From positions 16,120,001-16,184,000 of the forward strand of contig JBHGNT010000005.1 in the NCBI GenBank assembly GCA_043228905.1: DNA of 64,000 nucleotides. The letters are read 5' to 3'. Under the pieces are notes generated by a model. It worked only from the letters and a program-made list of their open reading frames with translations, had not been told where the DNA came from and searched no databases. Position numbers and translations under genes: made by a program. This document shows positions 12,289 to 25,300 of the stretch, in pieces (position 1 is the stretch's first letter; each line of letters begins with the position of its first letter). The stretch comes from Azolla caroliniana (lineage: Eukaryota > Plantae > Polypodiophyta).

Positions 12289-15200
12289 ATGGAAGGCGGC
12301 AGCAGCGGGCAGCCGGGGATGATGGTGCTGAATGCGCAGAACTACGCCGACTGGAAGATCAAGATGGAGGATCTTCTGATTGTTCGGGACCTGTACGAAC
12401 CGATTGACAGGTCGGAAATACCGAAGGGGGTACTTGAGACGGAATGGAGGCTTCTGAACCGGAAAGCCGGTGCAACCATTCGGCAATACGTCGACGTGAG
12501 CGTTCTACAACATGTGGCGAACGACACCAACGCATACGAGATGTGGCGGAAGCTGTCGGGCCTCTACGAGAGGAAGAATGCGTTGAACCGGACCTCCCTG
12601 ATGAGGAAGATAGTGAACCTCAAGTACCGGGACGGCGAGAGCATGGTGGAACACGTAAGCACGTTCATGGGATTCGTGAACTAGCTTGCGGCGATCAAGT
12701 TCCCGCTGGAGGATGCAATGCAAGCCATCATTCTGATGTGTACATTGCCGGAAAGCTGGGAGAACTTGGTGGTGACTCTCAGCACCTCCTGCACCGAAGA
12801 TAACTTGTCTCTACAAACGGTAAAGACAAGTATTTTGAACGAAGAAGCGCGTCGGAGAGATAAAGAACCGGCCTCCGACCCGAAGGCGCTGCTTACCGAA
12901 TCGGATCGGGGAAGACAATGGAACCGGAGTCCGCAAAGACGGGAGAAGTCGGGGACCCGGTCGCAGTCAAGAGGAAGGCCCACATGCTTCCACTGTGGGA
13001 AGCCGGGGCACTTCCGGAAGAATTGTCGGCATTACCGAAAAGACAACGGAGCCGACGACACCGATTCGAAGAAGTCACCGGAGAGAAACGGTGCATACCG
13101 GGGAGCCACGGACCGGAGAGGTCTGGATCGGCGAGGGCAGGACCGGAAAGGAACGACGGCACTCGCGGCAAGTGAAGAAGAGATAATGCTCATTACCGAA
13201 GAGAGGGAGCTGAACCTTGCCGGTGAAGAGATGACCTGGGTGGTCGATTCCGGAGCGTCGTTCCACCTGACCCCGGAGAAGAAATACTTCTCATCCTACA
13301 TAGCCGGTGAGCACGGCTGTGTCCGGATGGGAAATGAAGGTACATGCCGGATTGCCGGCATAGGAGACGTGTGGCTGATGACATCAACCGGATGCAAGAT
13401 GCTGCTGAAGGATGTTCGACACGTTCCGGAGGTTCGATTGAACCTGATTTCGGCCGGGAGGCTAGACGATGAAGGCTACACGGGTAGCATCCGGAACGGT
13501 GTCATGAAGTTCAGCAAGGGGAGCCTGATATTGGCTCGGGCCCGGAAGGTCAACACATTGTACCTGATGAATTCCCGGCTATGTCCGGAGGAGTTGAATG
13601 TGGCAGCCGACACTGCCGGTGAGCTGTGGCACAAGAGACTGTGCCACATGAGTGAGAAGGGGATGAAGAGGCTTGCAGAAGACAACCTTATTCCAGTGAA
13701 GCATGTGCACCTGGAGAAGTGCACCGACTGTCTGGCCGGTAAGCAAAACCGGACCTCCTTCCACTCAAGGCCACCGACGAGACGTAGCGCACCATTGGAG
13801 CTGGTGCACACTGACGTGTGTCAAGTAGAAACGAAGTCACATGGCGGAGCCCAGTACTTCGTGACATTCATAGATGATCACAGCCGGAAGCTGTGGACGG
13901 CACCGTTGAAGACAAAGGACCAAGTATTGTCCGTCTTCAAAGAACTCCACGCGAGAGTGGAAAGGGAATCCGGCAAGAAGCTGAAAGCGGTACGAGCGGA
14001 TAACGGAGGGGAATACCGGGGGCAGTTCGAGGAGTACTGTCGCTCGAAGGGAATCCGGCTCGAGTTTACTGTGCCGAAGACGCCGGAACTGAATGGGCTG
14101 GCCGAGAGGATGAACCGGACCATAATGGAGAGGGTCCGGAGTATGCTGGCGCATGCGAAATTACCCAAGGGGTTTTGGGCTGAGGCAATGTCGACGGCGA
14201 CATATGTGATAAATAGATCACCCTCAGTACCTTTGGATGGAGACACGCCGCAGAGAGTGTGGACCGGTAGGGAAGTATCCTACCGGCATCTGAAGGTGTT
14301 CGGGTGTCTCGCATATGTGCATGTGGCAAAGGACCGGAGAGGAAAGCTAGATCCAAAGACCCGGCCATGCATATTCCTCGGTTACGGCAACGACGAGTTC
14401 GGCTACCGAGTATGGGACCCGGTCGACAAGAAGATATTCAGGAGTCGAGATATCATCTTCATGGAGGACAAGACACTCGCCGACTGGGAGTCGGAGAAGA
14501 AGATGAAGAGCTCCAAGTCGACCGGTGAGGATCAACTCTACAAGGAGCAGTCCCGACCGGCAAGAGACCGGTTAGCACTCGAGGATCCGGCCGAAGACGG
14601 TGAAGAAACAGAACCGGCCGAAGAAGATGAAAATGATACCGGAACCGGCCCCGATCCCGAAATGGATTCGGATGAAGAAGAATCGGAAGAACCGGTTACC
14701 GAAGCTCCGGAACGGAGATATCCTCTAAGAGAGAGAAGGGCCCCCCGGAGATTTCCGGAACCAGAGCACGTGCTGCTAACCGACGAGGGGGAGCCGGAGA
14801 ATTTTGAAGAAGCAGAGCTTGACACACATAGCCGCAGGTGGTTAAGTGCCATGCAGGAGGAGATGGATTCCCTGCATGAGAACCACACATATGAACTTGT
14901 GGAGTTGCCGAAAGGAAAGCGGGCACTTCGAAACAAGTGGGTGTTCAAGCTGAAACCGGGAGATGCCGGAAACCCCCCGAGATACAAAGCCAGGATCGTG
15001 GTGAAGGGGTTCCAGTAGAAGAAGGGTGTGGACTTCGACGAGATATTTGCCCCGGTAGTGAAGATGACCTCCATCCGGACGGTGCTGAGCATAGCGGCAA
15101 GCATGGACCTCGAGGTAGAACAGATGGACGTGAAGACGGCATTCCTTCACGGTGACCTCGAAGAAGAGATCTACATGCAGCAACCGGAAGGATTCGAGAA

Positions 15201-16362
15201 GAAAGGAAAGGAGCACCTGGTATGCCGGTTGAAGAAGAGCCTCTACGGTCTGAAGCAGGCTCCCCGGCAATGGTACCGGAAGTTCGACTCCTTCATGACA
15301 GACGAAGGGTACCACAAAACGCAGACCGATCACTGCGTGTTTGTGAAGAAGTTCGAAGGAGGAGACTTTCTAATGCTCCTCCTGTACGTGGACGACATGT
15401 TGATCGTCGGACGGGACCAGGGCAAGATACGGATGCTGAAGAAAGCACTTCACCGAACCTTCTCAATGAAGGACCTGGGTCCGGCGAGGCAAATACTAGG
15501 GATGCACATCATCCGGGACCGGAAGAAGAAGCAGTTGTGGTTGTCACAGGAGAAGTACGTGACAAAGGTGCTTCACCGGTTCAACATGTCGGAAGCAAGA
15601 CCGGTGGGGTCAACACTCCCGGCAAACTGCAAGCTGTCCAGCAAGCAAAGCCCCAAGACAAAGGCTGAGAAGGAGGACATGATGAAAGTACCATATGCCT
15701 CTGCCGTCGGGAGCTTGATGTACGCGATGGTGTGTACCCGACCGGACATAGGATATGCAGTCGGAGTGGTGAGCCGGTACATGAGCAATCCCGGCAAAGA
15801 GCATTGGAACGCGGTCAAATGGATACTCCGATACCTGAAGGGCACGGCAAACATGTGCCTCCGATTCGGCTCCGGTAAGCCCGAACTCGATGGATTTACC
15901 GATTCGGATATGTCGGCTGATGCAGATACCAGCCGGTCCACATCAGGGTATGTGATGACGTATGCAGGGGGAGCTGTTTCATGGCAGTCGAGGCTGCAGA
16001 AGACGGTTGCACTGTCAACCACGGAGGCGGAGTACATGGCGGCTGTTGAAGCCGGCAAGGAAATAATATGGATGAAGGACTTCATTAGAGAGCTCGGTAT
16101 CCGTCAGGAGGAGTACCGACTCTACTGCGACAGTCAGAGTGCCATCCACCTTGCGAAGAACGCGGCCTATCACTCCCGGACGAAGCACATCCAGCGAAGA
16201 TATCACTGGATCCGGGAAAGGATAGAAGACAAGGAGTTCGTGCTGACGAAGATCCACACGGACGAGAACGGGTCGGATATGCTGACTAAGGTACTTACAC
16301 CCGACAAGCTGGAAGCATGCCGGAAGAGGATCGGATTGGAGAGACATCCCATGCCGAAGTGA
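12289..16362 (+). pseudogene. gag-pol of copia C; full length with two in-frame CAG>TAG stops (12682 and 15016)
   Basis: Single frame containing Gag, CFHCGKPGHFRKNC, WVVDSGAS (PR), the GAG-pre-integrase/HHCC region, rve, RT (LYVDD) and RNase H (TKHIQRRYHW). Paralogues A and D have CAG at the stop positions. Confidence 0.95.
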
Positions 16363-16372
16363 AGGGGGAGTT

Positions 16373-17126
16373 TGTTGGGATTTACGGTCCCTCCGGATGG
16401 GATGTCCGGAGATGAATGACGGCTAGCCCGGTTGCGGTTACGGAACCGGAGGATGAAGAGTACCCGGCATGAAGCCGGATGAAGAGTACCCGGCTACGGA
16501 GCCGGATGATGTAGACCCCGGCTACGGAGCCGGATGATGAAGACCCGGCTACGGAGCCGGATGATGAAGACCCGGCTACGGAGCCGGATGACGAAGACCT
16601 GGCTATGGAACCGGATGACGAAGACCCCGGCTACGGAACCGGATGATGTATGTACCCGGAGAGAGATCCGGATGCGGGGACATATTTGTGAATATGTTTG
16701 CCAAGGGCCCTTGTGGCTATATTTGTAAATAGCCCGAAAGTCATATGTGTATAAATATGACTTAGGGCAAACAGTTTATGTTGCTGCTCATTTTCTGTTT
16801 TCCACTTAGAGGGAGCGAAGTGAGAGCAGCCGAGAGAGAGAGAGAGAGAGAAACGAGGAGGTCGTTGCCTCTGTGCATTACCGCCGCCTGTGGCGAGGAC
16901 AGCGAGCTCAAGGTCGTCGCCTTGCAGCTCGCCATTGTATACTTCTCTGTATAGTGTTGGTTTGGAGTCTTGTACTCCCGTGGTTTTTCCCGTTTAGGGT
17001 TTTCCACGTTAATCCCTGTGTTATCGTGTCTTTCTCTGTGTTTCCTATTTTCTGTTGCATTGATTTGTGATTTCTCGGTTGTGGCCGAACGGTGAAGGTG
17101 AATCGAAGTGTTGATTCCCACCAACA
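16373..17126 (+). repeat. 3' LTR of copia C
   Basis: About 99% identical to 11505-12258. Confidence 0.97.
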
Positions 17127-20100
17127 GGAACAAGAAACATGGAACGACTAAAGAGAAACAAAAGTGGAAGAGTCAGTCTTGCAAGAATTGGTGAAAGGCA
17201 TGAAAAACTTGTCAATCAAAGTGATGAAGTTGGAATCATGGCGAAGCTCAACCTCACAAAGGCAAGGAGATGGAATTATCCGAAGGTGCATGTGGTGTGG
17301 CAATATCGACCACCAAAAGAAAGGTTGTCAAGAACATAGGGATGCTCTTAATAATGATAAAATCTATTATCAAGATGGTAATATTCACTCAACAACCACT
17401 CTAACTCAACTTCGGCAATGTGGAATAAAAAAACTGAGAGGAAAACAATTCAAGCGATACAATCCATGGCAATCTTAGGGTTGCATGTAGAAGACTCATA
17501 TGGGGGATCTAGCTTTTGGCAAGACGTGTGTATGCTAGCATTTCCTCTCTATTCACGAGCTTATTGAATGTGTTTAACTAATTAGTCTCTTGCTTAGCAA
17601 CCACCCTTACTTTTATAGGTTGGGTGATGAGTGAGGTTTTGCCTCCATAACCTCCCCCACCTTGGTCTAGTCGTGCATCCTTGAAGTCTAGTTATACTTC
17701 ATTGTAGTTTTTCATCAATAGTCACATGAGGCATATTAAAATTAGACTAAATTTAGCTTTATATATGGATATACCATCCTTGGATACTACATGGTTCACC
17801 AATCTACTCATGGTTAACCCAAAATTAGCACTTACTGGGTTTTTAGGAGAGAGAATATTATTGACATTTTTAAATTATTTCATGTAGTAGGATGAGCTTC
17901 TTTATTGTCAACAAAAGACTATATACAATTATGTGGTCTTGGTGTGCATATGTGATCTTCTCCTCCCTATTACATGTTTAAAGCACGAGTAACTGCAAAA
18001 GGTATATTTGTTAATAGGAAAATGTGCACAATTTGGTTGCCAAAGTTGTTTTAATGTTGGCCCTCTAGTGCAGCATTGACCCATCAATGAACAAAGCGAC
18101 AACCTTGCCTACTGTCCACTCCAATAGGTGTTCAATGTAGAGAGCATGATAGTGGTCTCAAATCATTGGTTTATTTACATTTTTGAATCCATGAATATTT
18201 GGGTCTTGTATTTTTCTTAAGCATGACTACAATGGGGGAGTGAAATTGATTGTTAAAAACCAATCTAGGTTTCGTTTTACTTATGTGGGGCCTTGAAAGG
18301 AATTCTCATGGATGAAACGTTCCTAGTTGTCTTAAGAACAAAATTTAAATAGGATCCTTCTTCATATAGCTCTTGGTTGTCTTAAGCACCTCACTGGATT
18401 GGAAGAGAGAGGTGAAGAGGTATCGGCACTAAATGCTCGCTCACAATGGTTTTAGTCATTTTTAGGCAAATTAGAATCTCTTCCGTAATTATTTGGGGCT
18501 GACTCACGCCATGGGTATCCAAGGGGAGTTTATCCAAACAAAACTCACAAGATAGAGAGAGGGTGGCCCCCTAAAAGCTTTAATAAACTGATGGTTAGAT
18601 AACATAGCTACTATAAGATTATTACAATATCATATGGCACAACGTGATGAGAAAATAGAGGGTTCATTTATGATATTTGTGTATTATCCTTAACATTATC
18701 CCTTGTAAACCCAACAATTCATTCATGGTTTATTTATGTTGATAGTAAGTACAATAGTTTCCAAACTAATGATTATAAAAAATACCTCTTGAAATATCAA
18801 TGTTGATCATTTCCTCTCCTTGGTTCCCTTAAAGGAATCTAAAAGGCTTTAGGTACGATTTGTTCCTTTGTAATTTGTAATCACAATTGTCCCTTTGTAA
18901 TCCATTATTGCAATTGTCCCTTTGTACTTTGGTATCACAATGGGGAGCTGAATTAATATCTTGAATTGTACTATAGACCACATGAGTGTAACCACAAGAA
19001 ACACTACATTCAATTTGCATTGTGACCAACTTTCTTCTACATGAGGTTAGTAGGTGAGGTAAAGTGGAGAAGATGTACGTGAGTGCCTACACTTGATCAA
19101 ATGTTTCTTGTTCCTTCATATACTATTTGATAGTTGTGTATCTCGCAGATTATCAATGTTATTTAACAAATTATATCTCAATTCATCCCCTTTTCTTTCT
19201 ACAATTTATACATTTAGTCGAATCATCACGAGGATGTGTTAGGTCCCATTACAAAATCACAAGACTACGGGTTATAAATTGTGTTTCATATTGGAGTCCC
19301 ACTAGCTAATCATTTTAGCAATGGATCACCCCAATGGACAACACATATTATGTTTCCTAAATATTGGTGATGTTTTTCCAATAATTCTAGTGGTTAAAGA
19401 GTATGAAGCTAAAATCTCATGGATCTTGTCAACTTGATATTGATGTATCAAGTATATATTTGTATAAACATTAATCTAAATTACACGATATCATAATGCA
19501 AGTATCAATAAAACAAGACCGTTTGCGAGGAGATTCAAAATCACTACCTCCTAGGTGAGGAAGAATCAGAGAAGATCGAATTTACAAAACTAGCCTAAAT
19601 GTTCGTGAAATCTCCAAACACCTCTCCCTCTCTTTACACAATCTCTTCCCTCTCTAGAAATTGTTGAGAAATTGTTGTGTGTGTGTGTGCGCGAGCATGT
19701 GCAAAAATGTAGGAATGCTTTGATAATTTCTCGTTAATTTCTAATCAAGGATGGACAAAAAATTAAAGGCCAAAATTAGGGACCCATAAGCTTCTTGGCA
19801 TTTAAAGAAGGTAGTGAATGAAAAATACTTTTGATATATGTGTGGAGCCATTTAAGGATAAGGGCTATGGCCCAACTAACCCAACCAGGGTTAGTTGTGA
19901 GAAAGGAACTTGAAGGGGCAAATATGCGTGTGAAAGTGAAGTTTGAAGCATAAGTGGGGTCACGATGATTAGTTGAGGAGGTGGGTAAACAAGACAGGTA
20001 AATGCTAGGATAGTGTGAGGTACACAATTCAAGCAAAACAAAGAGACAATAAATAGGCAAAGAATCAAAGAAGGAAACGAAGGGCAGACAAGAAAACAAA

Positions 20101-20182
20101 ATATAATAGTTATTAGGAGCATTACGAATTGAAAAACTAAACAAAAAACACATCACTAGAAAGGACGATTTCTTAGTCTTTG

Positions 20183-20758
20183 ATGCAAGTGAAGAGAATG
20201 GGTTACAAATCATTAGTAGTGATGAAAATCATGATGTGGGCAGTTATAGTACATGCCTTAATTACAAGTGACCAAGGTTGTGCACATGAAATGAAGGCAA
20301 CTCATAGTGCTATTTCCGCACCGAGTGTGCCTTCACTTGAGTATTATGTTCATGTGGAGCTAGGGGGACCTAGTATAGCGAGGTTAGCGGGTGCTCTAAA
20401 CCAAAACTTTAGTGCCGAGTTCGGAGAGGTGGACGTGTTTAACCTTAATATTACGTCAGGGAGGGACCCGCATGCGTCTCCCCCAATTGGGTATGTCCGA
20501 GGATTCACCGTCCAGACAAGCTACTCGCCCGGGAATGCTGCTAGCCGAAATGTCGAGGTGGAGGTTATCTCATATAATGATGGATTTGGACTCAATGGCA
20601 CTATCTCACTACAAGGGCTTATCCTTTTGGCACCCAATGAGATCGCTATTGTCGGTGGTACCGGTTCATTCCGGGGAGTTCGAGGATACGCTTTGATTGA
20701 CCTCGTCGCCAACAATATGCCCGTCCTTCTCTACCACCATTCCCTCTTCTTCCTTTAA
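20183..20758 (+). CDS. Dirigent-like (DIR) secreted protein, single exon, about 191 aa (alternative ATG at 20198)
   Basis: Hydrophobic signal-like N-terminus; DIR motifs FGEVDVF, IGYVRGF, NGTISLQG and EIAIVGGTGSFRGVRGYA; N-glycosylation sequons NFS, NIT and NGT; intronless, as is typical of DIR genes. Confidence 0.88.
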   Translation: MQVKRMGYKSLVVMKIMMWAVIVHALITSDQGCAHEMKATHSAISAPSVPSLEYYVHVELGGPSIARLAGALNQNFSAEFGEVDVFNLNITSGRDPHASPPIGYVRGFTVQTSYSPGNAASRNVEVEVISYNDGFGLNGTISLQGLILLAPNEIAIVGGTGSFRGVRGYALIDLVANNMPVLLYHHSLFFL

Positions 20759-21280
20759 TAAATTGATCTCCCCTTGAATGTTATGCTCCTTGCTTTACAT
20801 AGGTGCCTCCTTTTAAATTTCGTAGACATTATGCTTCAACTTAGTTAATAAGTATGTTATCAAACTCTTTAGTAAATTGTCATCAAATATATTGAGATTA
20901 TAAATTTAATTGTTTCATATCCATCTTCTATTTTCCTTTAAATGGTATCATAGTTGGCTTCATTATTTAATTGAACATTAATCATTTAAACTTGTACAAA
21001 TTCGCATCATGCTTAACTTAGCTCATTAGAATATTTATCAATTCCACATATTTTGGCACCAAATGTCTTGAGACTATACTGTTATCACTACTTGATCCAT
21101 CATAGCCATGCAAAACTACATTGGGTTAAAGCTCTATTAGATGCATCGTGATTCATCTTAATGTTTGTTTTTTTTTTCCATATCTATGATCTTCCATGAT
21201 GATTCAAAACTACCTAGACTTGAGATAAATTCATTATGCCATCACTCATCTTGATGTTTCACCATTACTTTCACGTGATC

Positions 21281-21700
21281 TTTGATCCTCCATAGTTATG
21301 CAAATCTACAAGTTATGTAGATGCATTCCCTCATTGATATCTCACCCGAACATTGTCTCCCACCATTTTTCCCTTCTTCCTCAAATTCCATCACACTAGG
21401 GAATAGTTTAAGCGCACTAAATGAAGCCATTAATCCTCAACTCCAATTATCTATTATCTTCCATGGTGAAGAAAAACTACATAGAGTTAAAGCTACATTC
21501 AATATCCCCTCACTCGTCTTCATATTTCACAGGATGTTTGATCCTCCATAGCTATGCAAATCTACAATTCTTACATAGATTTAATAATAGATGTATTCCC
21601 TCATTGACGTTTCAGCCAAACATTGCCTATTTGTCCTTCCTCAAATTACATTACAGTAGGGAATAGTTTAAGAGTAATAAATGATCCCGTTAAACCTTAA
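21281..21700. repeat. Diverged direct duplication, period about 256 bp
   Basis: TTTGATCCTCCATAG(T/C)TATGCAAATCTACAA...AGGGAATAGTTTAAG occurs at about 21281 and about 21537. Confidence 0.75.
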
Positions 21701-22371
21701 ACTTTCTAATTATCTATTTTAGTTTGGTTTTATTTTTAGCTTTAGATTCTTCATATGAAGATAACAAACTATAACATCATTGCACATCTATATCTTCATC
21801 CCGATGGGTCAAGTTACAAAATCGTTCTTATCAGACTATTATTTATCCCTTGCATGCCAAGAATTTGAATTAAACCAAGAAAGGGCAAATCGATGATGTT
21901 ATACTATCATTCGAACTTATTTGGTTTGAAATATAAATCTTAAAATAATTTGACTTTTCAATTTATTCATGGCATCATCACCACATTGATAAATATTTTG
22001 TTTTCAGATACATTTGCAAACAAATCAGTCTCATTGTACATTTCACTTGCCACCACATTACAAAAACAATATGAACATCAATTTTTGTGTAGGAAGCAGG
22101 AATAGCCTGTGCTCATAACAATGCGAAGTTAGTTATTATATTGGCCTCTCACAGCCTTGTAGGGTTCCTTACACTTTGTGTTGTATATTTCACTATGTTA
22201 GTATATCCAAGGAGAAAACTCCAAAATGGTTCTGTAAATGGCTCGATAACAAATAAAAACTTCAAGTATCAATTGACCTGGATATTTTTTGAAGTCGTCA
22301 ATGATATTGAAGGAAAAAATTCCGATGTTAAATTTTTTATACAAAGAAGAATTCGTCGGAAATTTTAATCT

Positions 22372-25300
22372 TTAGTCCAAACTTTTGGCTTTCTCGACAA
22401 GAATGATCCGCCCATTCCACTCTGTTTTGTCAAGGCTCCTAATAGCAGCATCAGCGTCTTCATCATGACCAAGTGATAAGAATCCAAATCCACGGGAATC
22501 GCCAGACCTGCAAATGTTTTTACAGAATGCAAAAAAGAAAACAGAATCTCTCTTATTTCTTTTTCTATCACTTACCCTGCTACTTTTTCTTTACATGAAA
22601 AAGCTTGGTAGGTCATTACAACTTCCACGTTATTAGTTTTCCATCACTTAACCAATATATGAGAAACAAAAACAGAGCATCAGCAAAGGAATTCAGAATC
22701 AGTTCTTTCATAAATGCTTCATAAAAAAAAGGATATTTAAAAGAAACCTCTGATTTTTGGATGTATCAAAAACGAGAAGCAAGCAATAGGACTAGCCGTT
22801 CAGTATTCTTATTAAATGGCAAATTTTCAGAAACTATCATATGACAAAAAAAGGTATCAGTACATGAATCCTGAAATATCTTTTCCACAAATGGTTTAGC
22901 AAACAAAGAAAATTGATTTTTAAATGATTTTGAGCCTTGCTATGTTTTTGCTCGAGTGTACAGCTGCAAGTAGACATCAAAGCTGCACAATCAAGCTTGA
23001 GTTCAACTCAACAACGAACCTCTGCTTCTCCTCACAGCCAGAGTGACTAGCTTAATTTAATTCTTTTATTTTTCTTTTTGCTCAATTTGATCGCCTATTA
23101 GTCTTTGTTTCAAATTTTGATCTGAATTTTGGACTCTACTAATAAGGCTGGACTCTCAAAAAGCATTTGGGATTCCAACTATAAAACAATTTATAGTTGA
23201 AATAAGGAAACTTACTGTAAATAAATAAATAAATAAATATATATATATATATATATAAAGGAATATGTAGGCATTTGTGTGACTGTTTGAATACTTTATG
23301 TCCACAATAATGGATCTTGTAGGGGTTTGCATGTCTGCATTGTGGGTTAGAGGGGGGAGGAGAGAGTAGAAAATCCATATGCTAATCTACACTTTCAAAG
23401 CTGATCATCATGCCTCATTTCCCTTTAGGATGGCATGATACTGTCATCTATAAATGGTAGAGCCTCATACATTAACTTAAAAGAACAAGTCAAAGAAACC
23501 AATGTTGGAAAACCTCAATGGGAATCAAATATCAGAGAAGGAAGTATTATTGAATATGCAATAAGATCATGCAAATCTATTTGACCCCTATTATATAAGA
23601 ATAAAAGAAACCCGTAGAAAGAAATAAAGAAATGCAATAAGTGAAAATGTACCCAAAGGTCAACACGACGCAATTCATGAAGTAAAAGGCCATCATGCAT
23701 AGGTTGGACACAAAGGCATGTACAATGTCATTTTGAATTAGTTACAAAGTAGTAATAGGCATAGGCTCATTAAGAGAAACCAATAAACTAACTCTTTGTC
23801 CTACATATTTCATATTGAAAATGTTTGTCCCAATTATCTCCAGATGAGAAAAAAGCTTTCTTTAGCAAGATAATAGTTGAAGTCTGCAATGACAATCCAG
23901 GCATACACACGGAGGAATGTCAGTCGGCCCTGACAATCCATTCATACTCAAGAGGAATGCCATTCTGCCTTTTGTGAAGACGGCATTCCCATGTGCATTT
24001 TAATCATTCCATCAAATGATTGGTTGAAGGTGGCAACCAGCTTAATCATTCTGGGATTGTCTGAATTGACCATTTATTGTCAATGGTTAGGTTTTCAGAA
24101 AATGAAAGTCCATGACACAAGATATCATGTTTGCCATTTCTTTTGAAGCATCTGGAACAGAACCCAATGCTTAGTTTTCAGAAAATGAAAATGCCAAGAT
24201 GTAACATATCATGCGATGCGATGCCTCTTCACAGCACAGCAGCAGACATGATGATACTCCGAGAAAACATTTTGCTAAGATACCTTGCTTTCACAATGTG
24301 GAGGACATACAGAGAACCTACAGCCTCAGACCTTTGTCCAACCCCTTTCCCTGAATTCCTTGTTTTTGTCCCCAAACCTTGATCCCACTTCTTTGTGATT
24401 ATGGGTCCAAACTATAAGCATGTATTTGTCATTAATCACTCATTCTCTTGAGCTTTTTGTCAGTGCAAAACAGTGCTGTGAATCCTTGAATGAATCAATT
24501 ATGTGCATAATGAATCGATATCAAATAGCATATAAAGCTCTTAAAATGCTACCATGTAGTATAATCACTGCATTGACAAAGAAGACAAAAACTGTGTATG
24601 AAGAATTATTGATTGACTACCCACATAGGGAATCCCTGGCAAACAGCTTCTAAAATGGATAGCAAATAGTGTCTCATGTATCCAAAAGTGCACAAACATC
24701 ATAAACTTAAGGTCATTACTGTGTGTAACCTACCAGGCCGTTGAAGCAAATGGTTGGCGGTAATGTAAGTGCTATGAAATGCTTGAAATACTTCTTATGA
24801 GTCATTGGGAAGCAATAATTAACACACTGATCTGGAAGATACAAAATGTGACAGGTCGTTTTAAAATTTTATACTAGCCCTTTTGTGCGTTAACTTCAAA
24901 AAGGCCAATTGCACGTTTTATTTTGTTTTTAGATGGCAGCAAAGGTTAAACTGCAATCTGGCTGTCAAATTTCAGCCCCTACACTTTGAATACTGTGACA
25001 AATTCTCCCACTCGTCATGCTCATTAAGTTTAATTCAAAATCCCTGCTCTCGTATCAGACACAAAACCTTAGTACATTATCAAAGTTGTCTTTGATTTTC
25101 TTCTGAATATTCTATAGGTGTTGCTGTTCTTCAGAAATAGTTGTGATTCGTGAACAAAAAAGAGTAATACAAAATCTCAATAAGTCAACATGCAATCATT
25201 AATCACACTCTTCGTTCCTGGTTCTCCATTATTCGAAACACTCACATGGTAGAAACTGAGATATTTTCCATGGTATGTTTTTCCTTGGAATGTATATATT

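Larger units (their letters stand above)
11505..17126 (+). mobile_element. Complete Ty1/copia LTR retrotransposon 'C' (Tnt1/Tork-like), 5.6 kb
   Basis: 754-bp LTRs at 11505-12258 and 16373-17126 (about 7 differences counted by eye); TSD GGAAC at 11500-11504 and 17127-17131; PBS at 12261-12272; PPT GAAGGGGGAG at 16361-16370. Confidence 0.98.
10517..17520 (+). mobile_element. Degenerate Ty3/gypsy-type remnant (probable LTR end, PBS and gag), split by copia C
   Basis: PBS-like TTTGGCGAACTCC at about 10801; gag-like ORF fragments at 10905-11499 that continue at 17132-17478 with a CX2CX4HX4C knuckle (CMWCGNIDHQKKGC). Outer boundaries are approximate. Confidence 0.65.

Noticed and set aside
12682-12684. 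In-frame TAGs as programmed readthrough signals (also 15016, 47649 and 48246)
   Set aside because: Sister copia copies have CAG at 12682 and 15016, and the gypsy stops fit the same C>T pattern; decay is the simpler explanation.
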